From Candidatus Omnitrophota bacterium (lineage in GTDB: Bacteria > Omnitrophota > Gorgyraeia > Duberdicusellales > 4484-171): 64,000 nt of DNA. Positions 9,067 through 17,321 of the stretch are shown piece by piece. The notes below the pieces were generated by a model. It was given only the letters and a program-made list of their open reading frames with translations, ran no database searches and was not told the DNA's origin. Positions within the stretch are counted from its first letter, which is position 1. Each line of letters begins with the position of its first letter. The stretch is from assembly GCA_021735445.1 (NCBI GenBank), contig JAIPHA010000004.1, positions 1,508 to 65,507 on the forward strand. Reading direction: 5' to 3'. The translations under genes and the position numbers were made by a program.

Positions 9067-9933
9067 TTAAAAGGGAGTTTTGTTTAAAAGAGCTCCAATA
9101 ATTTTCGTATTTCTGTTTAAAATGTTCTTTACTTTTACCAATGAATTCAAATGATTTTTTTGCGCTGAAACGACTAAAATTATCCCATCACATTTATCTC
9201 CGATTAAGGAAGCATCCGCACAAGTTAAAGCCGGCGGCAAACTTATAACTATTTTTTTAAATTTTTTCTTTGCAGCCTCGATTAAATTATCAAGATTTTT
9301 TGTTTTAAGTAATTCTTGAGGATTAGGAAAAACTGGCCCTTGAGGCATGAAGAAAAAATGATCTAAATCAGTAGAAGATATCGCTTCGTCAAAAGAAGAC
9401 TCCTTTGAACAAAAATCACTTAGCCCTTTGTTGGATTTGGTGCCGAATACAGATAAAAACTGTTTGCGTAGGTTAGCATTAATTAATAAAGTATCTTCTT
9501 TCTCTTCTGCAAAAGCAATAGCCAAATTAGCTGCGCAAAAGCTTTTCCCTTCTTTAGGGAATGCGCTGGTAACCCCTAGAACAACCGGATTGTTGTTGTT
9601 GTTTAAAAAAGGAGTAGCCGATTTAATTTTTGTAAAAGCGGTTTTCAAGCCGGTTTCTTTTTTCCGTAACTCAAAAATGTTTTGGCAGCTTTCTTTTTTG
9701 ACATAGGGAATTTCTCCCAAAAAATCTATATTGAGGCTCGACTTAATAAGAGTGGCATCGGGAGAAACAATGTCTCGATATTTAAAAAAATAAATTAGAA
9801 TTATTCCAATAAAAAAAATAATGGCTGGAATAAAAAAAATGCTTTTAGAGAAAGAAGCCGGTTTTTGATAAATAAGAAAAAAAGCTACACTCAATAGCAG
9901 GATAAAAATAAGCCAAATAATCTTTTTTAGCAT
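9067..9933 (-). CDS. membrane-anchored BY-kinase/CpsD-like P-loop protein with degenerate Walker A' and B motifs
   Basis: 288 aa; 2 TM helices; Walker A SAFPKEGKS; LLINANLRK instead of DxDxR; VISLPP instead of DTPP; no C-terminal Tyr cluster. Confidence 0.6.
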   Translation of the reverse strand: MLKKIIWLIFILLLSVAFFLIYQKPASFSKSIFFIPAIIFFIGIILIYFFKYRDIVSPDATLIKSSLNIDFLGEIPYVKKESCQNIFELRKKETGLKTAFTKIKSATPFLNNNNNPVVLGVTSAFPKEGKSFCAANLAIAFAEEKEDTLLINANLRKQFLSVFGTKSNKGLSDFCSKESSFDEAISSTDLDHFFFMPQGPVFPNPQELLKTKNLDNLIEAAKKKFKKIVISLPPALTCADASLIGDKCDGIILVVSAQKNHLNSLVKVKNILNRNTKIIGALLNKTPF

Positions 9934-9981
9934 AATATTTAATAAGAGGTAGTTATACTCTGTTGTAATTTAAACAGAGTA

Positions 9982-10060
9982 TGGCGGGGCCGATGGGATT
10001 CGAACCCACGATCACCTGATCGACAGTCAGGGGACTTAAGCCATACTAATCGACGGCCCC
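9982..10060 (-). tRNA. tRNA-Asp(GTC) with encoded CCA
   Basis: Acceptor GGGGCCG/CGGCCCC, anticodon loop CTGTCGA, T-loop TTCGAAT, discriminator G then CCA. Confidence 0.8.
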
Positions 10061-10188
10061 GAATTTAGAATTTAGCTATTAGCCTATTATTTACCGCTAA
10101 TGGTAAACAGGGTATTAATTTTATATTATTACACAAAAAAGTCAATCATAACTTCTCAAAACTATAAACCCTCAGCAACTGGCCAAAA

Positions 10189-10263
10189 TGGGCGGTACAG
10201 GATTCGAACCTGTGACCCCTACCATGTCAAGGTAGTACTCTAACCAGCTGAGCTAACCGCCCA
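10189..10263 (-). tRNA. tRNA-Val(GAC)
   Basis: GGGCGGTTAGCTCAG..., anticodon loop TTGACAT, T-loop TTCGAAT. Confidence 0.88.
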
Positions 10264-10271
10264 AAAGAAAA

Positions 10272-10357
10272 TGCCGGGGGCGGGACTTGAACCCGCACGT
10301 CCCTTTCGGGACACCGGATTTTAAGTCCGAGTTGTCTGCCAATTCCAACACCCCGGC
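10272..10357 (-). tRNA. tRNA-Leu(TAA), class II with long variable arm
   Basis: GCCGGGGTGTTGGAATTGGCAGAC..., anticodon loop CTTAAAA, variable-arm hairpin GTCCC-GAAA-GGGAC. Confidence 0.88.
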
Positions 10358-10480
10358 GGTAAGTTTATCTTCAATCTTTTAGTTTATCAAACCAGCAATA
10401 GTTGTGTTTTATCTCCAAAGTCTTTGGGAAGAACTATGCACGCATAAACAAACCAGCTTGCCTTCGGCAAGAAGTTCTTG

Positions 10481-10501
10481 CCAACACCCCGGCGGTAAGT
10501 T
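10481..10501. repeat. 21-nt duplicate of the tRNA-Leu(TAA) 5' end plus its upstream flank
   Basis: ccaacaccccggcggtaagtt is identical at 10345-10365 and 10481-10501. Confidence 0.8.
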
Positions 10502-10579
10502 CCCTCTTTAATTTATCAGTTTAAAGCATAGCGCTAAGCGCTTTGCGCTATGCAAAAACTCTAAGTTAATAGCCAACTA

Positions 10580-10651
10580 AGGCGCGGACCGGATTCGAAC
10601 CGGTGAATAATGGTTTTGCAAACCACTGCCTTGCCCCTTGGCTACCGCGCC
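10580..10651 (-). tRNA. tRNA-Cys(GCA)
   Basis: GGCGCGG acceptor, anticodon loop TTGCAAA, discriminator U. Confidence 0.85.
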
Positions 10652-10666
10652 AATTATGTCAAAAAG

Positions 10667-10930
10667 CTACCCCTTTTCTTCTTTCTTTTCTTCTTTAGCC
10701 GATTTTGGCGGTTTCGCCTTTTTCTTTTTTTCTCCCCTGGGTTCGGCAATTCTTTTTTGAGCTATTTCTTCTAAAGCTATATCGAGTAATTTCTCGGTTC
10801 TTTTTGCGACCAAAGGCTTTTCCCCTCCTGCAAGGCTCATGGCCCGTTTTGCAGCTAACGCTGCTAATTTATAAATAGACCCGTTTGTTGCCCCTAATAA
10901 TCTTTCTCGCGGTATGTAATCTCCCGACAT
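10667..10930 (-). CDS. rpoZ: DNA-directed RNA polymerase omega subunit
   Basis: RERLLGATNGSIYKLAALAAKRA; start set at the second ATG, which is preceded by AAAGGAGG. Confidence 0.8.
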   Translation of the reverse strand: MSGDYIPRERLLGATNGSIYKLAALAAKRAMSLAGGEKPLVAKRTEKLLDIALEEIAQKRIAEPRGEKKKKAKPPKSAKEEKKEEKG

Positions 10931-10969
10931 CCTGCCTCCTTTAATCAGCAAATAATTTAGGTAATTTTG

Positions 10970-11539
10970 TTATTTATGATGTTTTACTATTATATCTTTT
11001 ACTTTTTTCGCTGTAGTATTGATATTTTTGTTTTGTACTAAATAATCATATTTTTTAGAAAATTGCAACTCTTTTTTTGCAAGACTGATTCTTTTTTCGA
11101 TTATGTCTTTGGCTTCTTCGCGTTTCTTCATTCGCGCATATAACTCCTGTTTTTTGGCAACGCTGATGAATATGCTGGTTACCCGGGTTTTATACCGGTT
11201 TTTTAAGGTCATTGCTCCTTTGACATCTATGCATAAAAGAAGGCTTTTATTTTTTAGCCGCGCAATTTTTAAATAAAGCTTAGGAGTGCCGTAATAATTG
11301 TTTAAAACTTTTTCGTTTTCTAAAAAAAACTTTCTTTTTTTTAGGTATAAAAATTCATCTTTGCTCACAAAAAAATAATCGGTGCCGTCCCGTTCCTGAG
11401 GCCTTTCTTCTCTGGTTGTAACGGTAACCGACCTTAGCAAAATATCGCGGATAACTTTTTTGCGAAAAAGATGCTTCACTAAAGTAGTCTTGCCTACTCC
11501 TCCCGGGCCGGATAAGATAAAAATTTTTGGTTTTTGCAT
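10970..11539 (-). CDS. gmk: guanylate kinase
   Basis: P-loop GPGGVGKTTL; 189 aa; canonical rpoZ-gmk neighbourhood. Confidence 0.88.
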   Translation of the reverse strand: MQKPKIFILSGPGGVGKTTLVKHLFRKKVIRDILLRSVTVTTREERPQERDGTDYFFVSKDEFLYLKKRKFFLENEKVLNNYYGTPKLYLKIARLKNKSLLLCIDVKGAMTLKNRYKTRVTSIFISVAKKQELYARMKKREEAKDIIEKRISLAKKELQFSKKYDYLVQNKNINTTAKKVKDIIVKHHK

Positions 11540-11563
11540 ATCGTATAGTTAGTTATTTGCCTG

Positions 11564-12352
11564 TCATTCAATATTTTGAGCCTGCTCCCTGATTCTGCCC
11601 AGATAATTTTTTGCCTCTACTATTAAACTGGCCATTTTTTTCTGCCTGGTTTTGCTTGATGCCGCGTTTAATTCACGAAGAATCTCCTGGCTTAAAAAAT
11701 TAATCGCTTTTCCCTTGCGTATTTGTTTTTTTGAATTGATTATTGTTTTCGCCTTTTTAGAATAAAACTCGACCAAAGATAATTCTTCTTCAATATCCTC
11801 TTTGCCGTCTACTTCTTTAGAGGGCCTTTTTTTTGCTTTTTTAATTTTGCTAATATTGTCATCTAATAGATTTAAATTTTTGGTTATTTCCTTGCTTATC
11901 GCCCGGCCTTTTTCTTTTTTGAATTCAACCAGTTTTTTTAAAGACTTTTTCAAAACAGAGACTAACTGTGTTTTCGAAACACCGCTTCTGCTATAGGACG
12001 CAATTACCCCCGGTAAATTCAATATTTCCAATGGTGATATTTTTTCTTCTAAATTAAAATCTTTAGCTAAAGATTTTAATTGGTTTACATAATTGGCAAA
12101 TTCTTTTTTATTTACAGAAAATTTATTCTGATTTCTAGATTCCTGATAAAAATAAACTTCTATTTTCCCCCTGGTTATATTTTTTTTGATTTCTTCCTGT
12201 ATTTGTTCTTCTAAAACAAGCGCTTGCTGGGGAAGATTGTAAACCGAAATATCAAGATGCTTATAATTTAAAGATCGTAAAACAATTTTAGTTTTGCCTG
12301 CCTTATTGCTTTCTTGGGCCGCAGAGTAAGCTGTCATTGACCTCATTGCCAA
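11564..12352 (-). CDS. yicC: YicC-family protein
   Basis: MTAYS N-terminus and C-terminal ...REQAQNIE typical of YicC; yicC-gmk-rpoZ synteny. Confidence 0.8.
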   Translation of the reverse strand: MAMRSMTAYSAAQESNKAGKTKIVLRSLNYKHLDISVYNLPQQALVLEEQIQEEIKKNITRGKIEVYFYQESRNQNKFSVNKKEFANYVNQLKSLAKDFNLEEKISPLEILNLPGVIASYSRSGVSKTQLVSVLKKSLKKLVEFKKEKGRAISKEITKNLNLLDDNISKIKKAKKRPSKEVDGKEDIEEELSLVEFYSKKAKTIINSKKQIRKGKAINFLSQEILRELNAASSKTRQKKMASLIVEAKNYLGRIREQAQNIE

Positions 12353-12849
12353 ACTCTCCTGGTTTGACTAGAAAATTGTTTTTCTAAAGCAGGGTAAAGA
12401 TCATAAACTATTTCGTCGGGATTAAACCACAACTTTATCTCTCTTTCGGCTTCGCTTGACTCGCTTGAAGCGTGAATAACATTTTCATAAAGGCCGGTAG
12501 TAAGTATCCTGCCGTAAGCGCCGCGAATAGATATTGGATCAGCTTCTTCCGGATTGGTAGCGCCGGCAATCCGCCGAACTTTTCCGATTGCATTTTCTCC
12601 ACAATAGACCAAAGACATAACTCGATTTTCTCCGTGTAATTTCCCTCTAATGTATTTGATTAACTCTTGAAAAAAAGGTTTATCTTTCAAGTGGCTATAG
12701 TGAGTATTGGCTAAATCTTCTTTAACCTCCACCACCTTAGCTCCGATTATCTTTAACTTCGCCTCGGAAAGACGAGTCAGGATATTTCCGGTTAAAGACT
12801 TTTTCAACCCATCCGGTTTAATAATAACTAATGTTGCTTCTTGATCCAT
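12343..12849 (-). CDS. ndk: nucleoside diphosphate kinase (long form)
   Basis: TLVIIKPDG, NVIHAS active-site region. Confidence 0.85.
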   Translation of the reverse strand: MDQEATLVIIKPDGLKKSLTGNILTRLSEAKLKIIGAKVVEVKEDLANTHYSHLKDKPFFQELIKYIRGKLHGENRVMSLVYCGENAIGKVRRIAGATNPEEADPISIRGAYGRILTTGLYENVIHASSESSEAEREIKLWFNPDEIVYDLYPALEKQFSSQTRRVWQ

Positions 12850-12876
12850 AAAGCCTCCTCTAAAACTTTTTATTTT

Positions 12877-13698
12877 TTAGCCAATCCGTTTTATAATCCT
12901 TTCGAAATCATTCAAGCTGTAATAATGCAGAATAATTTTCCCTCTTTTATTTTTTGAGCCGGCAATCTTTACCTTTGTCCCTAATTTTTTTTGCAGCTGT
13001 TCCTCGGCTTCTTCAATAAAGGGGTCGGCCTTTGTTTTTTTATTTTTCCGGAAAGCTTGTTTTTCCACATCTCTTACCGTAAGGCCTTTTTCTAAAATTT
13101 TATAAAATATTTTTTCCTGTTGAATTTTACTTTTAAAAGAAAGTATCGTCCTTGCCTGGCTCCGGTTAATAAGATTTTTTTTCAAAGCATCTTTAACCTT
13201 TTCGGGTAGCTTAAGCAAACGCATTGTATTTAAGACGGTTGTTTTATCTTTGCTGACAAATTGAGCAATTTCGTCTAAAGAAAAATTAAATTCATCTTTG
13301 AGGCGTTGAAGGGCTTGAGCCTCTTCAAGAGGATTAAGATTTTTCCGTTGTAAATTTTCAACTATCGCAGCGATAAAAGAATCTTTATTATCTAGATCCC
13401 TGACTATTGCAGGTATCTCCTTGATGCCCAGTAACTTAGCCGCCTCTAACCTTCTCCCGCCGGCTACAACTTCATATCTTCCCTCTTTAGTATCCCGAGC
13501 TAAAATCGGTTGAATGAAACCCTTTTCTTTAATCGAACGGGTTAATTCGGCTAAATCCTTCTGGTTCATCTCTTTACGCGGCTGAAATTTATTCGGATCA
13601 ACCCTTTCTAGGGGAAGATAGACAAACTGATCTCCACCAGAAATTTTCTTTTTGGGAATTAAGGCATCTAATCCTTTTCCTAACACTCTTTTACCCAT
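12877..13698 (-). CDS. parB: chromosome partitioning protein ParB
   Basis: 273 aa; ParB-box VVAGGRRLEAAKLLG; HTH region. Confidence 0.92.
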   Translation of the reverse strand: MGKRVLGKGLDALIPKKKISGGDQFVYLPLERVDPNKFQPRKEMNQKDLAELTRSIKEKGFIQPILARDTKEGRYEVVAGGRRLEAAKLLGIKEIPAIVRDLDNKDSFIAAIVENLQRKNLNPLEEAQALQRLKDEFNFSLDEIAQFVSKDKTTVLNTMRLLKLPEKVKDALKKNLINRSQARTILSFKSKIQQEKIFYKILEKGLTVRDVEKQAFRKNKKTKADPFIEEAEEQLQKKLGTKVKIAGSKNKRGKIILHYYSLNDFERIIKRIG

Positions 13699-14491
13699 GG
13701 TTTACCTCACTCTTTGCAAAGTCCTCTATTTTTCTAGCTTGACCGATAACCTCATTAGTTAAACTTAAATAAGCTTTTGAACCCACACAATTAGATTCAT
13801 AAAAATAAATTGGTTTACCAAAACTAGGCGCTTCGGCTAATTTCACATTTCTCGGAACTACGATGCCAAAAGCTTTATTTTGAAAATAGCTTCGCACCTC
13901 CTCTATTACTTGTAAGGTAAGGCGGGTTCTAAAATCCGCCATGGTTAATAAAACACCTTCTATTTCTAAGTGTTGATTTAATCTCTCTTTTATTAATTCA
14001 ACAGTATGGATTAGCTTTGAAACTCCTTCTAAAGCATAATACTCGCATTGGATTGGTATAATTAAGCTGTCAGCGGCGGATAATACATTTACTGTAAGCA
14101 AGCCTAATGAAGGCGGTGCGTCGATAACTATATATGAATAATCGCTTACTATCTTTTCAAGCCTTTTCCTTAAAAGAACTTCTCTGCCCTCCAATGAAAC
14201 GAATTCAACTTCTCCTCCCGTTAAAGAAATATCTGAAGGCATAATTGAAAGATTAGGCCAATTAGTAGCATAAATTGCTCCCTCAGCCGGAACATCCCCA
14301 GAGATGACATCGTAAACTGAATTTTTGTCTTCCGGAGCTAGGCCAACGCCGGAAGAAGCATTGCCTTGAGGATCCATATCGATAAGAAGAGTTTTTTTGC
14401 CCGCTAACCCTAAGAAAGAACTAAAATTAATGGCGGTAGTGGTTTTACCAGTTCCGCCTTTTTGATTACAAATACCGATTATTTTACCCAT
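13691..14491 (-). CDS. parA: chromosome partitioning ATPase ParA/Soj
   Basis: Deviant Walker A NQKGGTGKTTT; 8-nt overlap with parB. Confidence 0.93.
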   Translation of the reverse strand: MGKIIGICNQKGGTGKTTTAINFSSFLGLAGKKTLLIDMDPQGNASSGVGLAPEDKNSVYDVISGDVPAEGAIYATNWPNLSIMPSDISLTGGEVEFVSLEGREVLLRKRLEKIVSDYSYIVIDAPPSLGLLTVNVLSAADSLIIPIQCEYYALEGVSKLIHTVELIKERLNQHLEIEGVLLTMADFRTRLTLQVIEEVRSYFQNKAFGIVVPRNVKLAEAPSFGKPIYFYESNCVGSKAYLSLTNEVIGQARKIEDFAKSEVNHG

Positions 14492-14602
14492 ATTTTTCTA
14501 TTCTAATACTATCTCAGTTAAATTGCAACTGTTTTTATCCCTGCCTTACCTAAAAATTAACAGGCAAAATGAAAATCTTCAATAGAATCAAGGGGTTCTG
14601 GC

Positions 14603-15093
14603 GTTTTCACGTGGAAATGGCTCCACAACAAACATAAAAGAGCCATTTCCACGTGGACTTTTCCCGCTAACCATTTAAGACAAAACAACCTTAATGTCAT
14701 TCTGAGGCGAAGCCGAAGAATCTCAATGAGGCTTATTCGCCAGAGGCGGATGTAGCCGAATTGATCCTGAACGAAGTGAAAGATCTAAAACCATTGCAGA
14801 GATCCTTCGTCGCTCCCGCAGCTTTTGAGCCCGGAGATCCTCAGGATGACATCAGAGAAAGACTGCCTCGCTTTATTTGCTTCGCTCATTTCGCTCGCAA
14901 TGACAATAATAGAACATCTTTCCCGTCTTGGAAATAAAGATTGATACATTTTAATAGTCAAAATGAAAATCGTTAATAAAATCAGGGGGTTCTGGCGTTT
15001 TCACGTGCACTTTTCGCATTCACCAATCGAGCGGAAAAGTCCACGTGGAAACCATCTAGAAGCTAAAGAGGGAGATGGTTTTCACGTGAAAAC
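14603..15093. promoter_or_regulatory. cluster of five parS-like CACGTG-centred 16-mers
   Basis: Sites at 14603-14618, 14645-14660, 14997-15012, 15037-15052 and 15078-15093; the core resembles the parS consensus TGTTNCACGTGAAACA; directly upstream of parAB. Confidence 0.65.
15078..15093. promoter_or_regulatory. best parS-like site, a perfect 16-bp palindrome GTTTTCACGTGAAAAC
   Basis: The central 12 bp TTTCACGTGAAA are identical to the parS consensus core. Confidence 0.65.
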
Positions 15094-15141
15094 GCAGAAA
15101 GGCCTTGAAAAATAAGCGTCTTTGGGTTTTGGCTGTTTTTT

Positions 15142-16590
15142 TTAGGTGGTGCGGGCTTTTTTGAGCCGAACTTGGTAAAGAAGGGTAAGCAAATTCTGGA
15201 CAAACCAGTATAAAACTAATGCGGAGGGGAATTTATAAAAAATTATCCCAATAAAAACCCCCATAAATAATCCTATTTTTTTCTGCTGAGGATTAGAGGA
15301 TGAAGCGGTTATATGTTGCTGAATAAGGCCTAAGCCCATTACTAAAATAGGAAGAAGGTTAAAATACTCCACACCTACAACCGGAATAATAAAGGGAAGG
15401 CGAAAAAGCCTGTCCGGCATCGATAAATCTTTAATCCAGAGAAAAGAGGCCCCTTGGAGCCGGCTAAATCTAAAGACTACTTGGTAAAAAGCGATAATTA
15501 TGGGAAACTGGAACAAAAGAGGAAGACAGCCCCCCAAAGGGTTTACCTTATGTTTTTTATATAACTCTACAGTTTTTTTCTGCATTTTTTGAGGATTATC
15601 TTTATGTTTTTCCTTTAGCTCCTGCATTAAAGGCTGAATTTCCTGCATCTTCTTCATCGCCTTGGTGCTTTTTGAGGTAAAAGGGAAAAGAAGCGCGTAG
15701 GTAGAAAAGGAAAGAAAAATTATACTTAGTCCCCAGTTATGGAGAAAACTATAGAAAAAATATAGAACTTTTATGATTCCAACCGCGAGAAAATGCCAAA
15801 ATCCATAATAAACAATCTCTTCTAAGCCGTATTCTCCCATCTCTTGGGCCACCTGCGGGCCAAGGTAAAAAGATATTGTTGAGGGAGGATTATTCAAATA
15901 GAAATTAGCTCTTTTTTGTTTTTTTGTTAATTCAAGGTTATAGCTGCCTGGCAGCAAACTAATCGCATAATAACGGCTTCTTGCTCCGGCAAATCTTACT
16001 TCTGAATATTTTTCATTTTGAACCTTTTTAGGGTGCCTGCGTTCAATGGAATCACCTTTTTTATAAAAAGATTCAAAATAGCGTTTACTAATGTGGGATT
16101 TAGCTGAATCAAGAGGGAAAGAGAAAAATAAAATAGAGGAGTTGTCAATATTTTTCACCTCAACGGTATTTCCTTTAAAGACAAACTTTTTGGGGGGAGA
16201 ACCCTGGCTGAGAAAAGAAATAGTGTTTTGGTTAATATTAACCTTATAGTTTATATTTTGGGTAGAGGGCTGAAAACCCAAATCCTGAAAAGGCAGGGTA
16301 TTAGCAGGCGCATTGAGAGCAATTGAATGAATATAGCCCCCCTTAGCCGAATAGGTAATATAATAAGGCCCTATCGCTGTTTCTTCTAAGATATTTTCCG
16401 CTAAGGGCAAGCGGTTTTGAGTCCGCCCGGCTGGCTGCGGCCTGCTTGACTCTTGAATTGAATTGTTTGGACTATCAGCGCTAACTTCTTGATTATCAAT
16501 TGGTTGCACAGGTTGTTTTGGCGCAAACTGCGACCAAACCATAAAAAATCCAATTAGAAGAAGAAATGCAAAAAGTGTTCTTTTTTCCAT
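15142..16590 (-). CDS. yidC: membrane protein insertase YidC
   Basis: 482 aa; C-terminal Oxa1 core NPLGGCLPLLFQFPI. Confidence 0.92.
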   Translation of the reverse strand: MEKRTLFAFLLLIGFFMVWSQFAPKQPVQPIDNQEVSADSPNNSIQESSRPQPAGRTQNRLPLAENILEETAIGPYYITYSAKGGYIHSIALNAPANTLPFQDLGFQPSTQNINYKVNINQNTISFLSQGSPPKKFVFKGNTVEVKNIDNSSILFFSFPLDSAKSHISKRYFESFYKKGDSIERRHPKKVQNEKYSEVRFAGARSRYYAISLLPGSYNLELTKKQKRANFYLNNPPSTISFYLGPQVAQEMGEYGLEEIVYYGFWHFLAVGIIKVLYFFYSFLHNWGLSIIFLSFSTYALLFPFTSKSTKAMKKMQEIQPLMQELKEKHKDNPQKMQKKTVELYKKHKVNPLGGCLPLLFQFPIIIAFYQVVFRFSRLQGASFLWIKDLSMPDRLFRLPFIIPVVGVEYFNLLPILVMGLGLIQQHITASSSNPQQKKIGLFMGVFIGIIFYKFPSALVLYWFVQNLLTLLYQVRLKKARTT

Positions 16591-16592
16591 TA

Positions 16593-16799
16593 TTACCTTA
16601 CAGGGTCAAATCCACCTTGTGAAAAGGGGTTACAACGTAAAATTCGCAACAGACTTAACCATAGAGCTTTTGAGAAAGGGCGCTTTTTGAAAGCTTGTTT
16701 TGCATACTCCGAGCAAGTAGGAGTATAAATGCACGAACCAGGAACAAGCCTGAAAAAGTTTTGATATATTTTAATAAAAAAAAGGGCAACCCGGTTCAT
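16593..16799 (-). CDS. yidD: membrane protein insertion efficiency factor YidD
   Basis: 68 aa; CIYTPTCSEYAKQA...GGFDPV. Confidence 0.9.
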   Translation of the reverse strand: MNRVALFFIKIYQNFFRLVPGSCIYTPTCSEYAKQAFKKRPFSKALWLSLLRILRCNPFSQGGFDPVR

Positions 16800-16933
16800 A
16801 AAGAGATCTTGTGCCGCCCTTTTTTCCGGCGCTGATTTATAATCTTTTTGCCGTTTTTAGAGCTCATTCTTTTGCGAAAACCGTGTTTTCTCTTGCCTTT
16901 AAGTTTAGTGGGTGTTTTGAGATTTTTTTTCAT
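16796..16933 (-). CDS. rpmH: 50S ribosomal protein L34 (not in the ORF track, 45 aa)
   Basis: Translates MKKNLKTPTKLKGKRKHGFRKRMSSKNGKKIINQRRKKGRHKISL; its stop overlaps the yidD ATG (ATGA). Confidence 0.9.
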   Translation of the reverse strand: MKKNLKTPTKLKGKRKHGFRKRMSSKNGKKIINQRRKKGRHKISL

Positions 16934-16937
16934 GTCT

Positions 16938-17200
16938 TTGTAATTGGTTATCTATTTTTTTATCAAAAATCAGCTATGCTTATATAGCTCATCGCTGTTT
17001 GTGAGTCTAATACATTACATGGATGTGATAGATTCTCTTAGGTTTAAGCAAGAGAATTATCCGGCTGCGCCGGATATCACATACATATTTTGTAATTGAT
17101 TATCTATCTTTATTATCAAAAATAAACTGCGTTTATCTAGCTCATCGCTGTTTGTGAGCCTGATGCATTATCTTACCAGCCTAATACATTATTAGGTAAG
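16938..17200. repeat. intergenic structured repeat, family B (two tandem units plus a three-helix core)
   Basis: Units at 16938-17017 and 17090-17170 are about 80% identical; homologous in inverted orientation to 46208-46389. Confidence 0.75.
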
Positions 17201-17321
17201 TTGAAATTGTAGCATAAAATATTTGGGTGTCAACCAGAAAAAAGCTTAGGTAAATGCAAAACTGTTGTCAACAAAAATGTTACATTTGCCATTACAATCT
17301 TTTTACTCGTGTTGGGTACGT

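Noticed and set aside
14690-14935. Possible small gene or pseudogene in the GC-richer centre of the parA-yidC spacer
   Set aside because: Every frame is interrupted within a few codons (for example atg tca ttc tga). The segment consists of palindromic REP-like words (gtcattctgagg / cctcaggatgac / cgctcgcaatgaca), so it is treated as repeat DNA.
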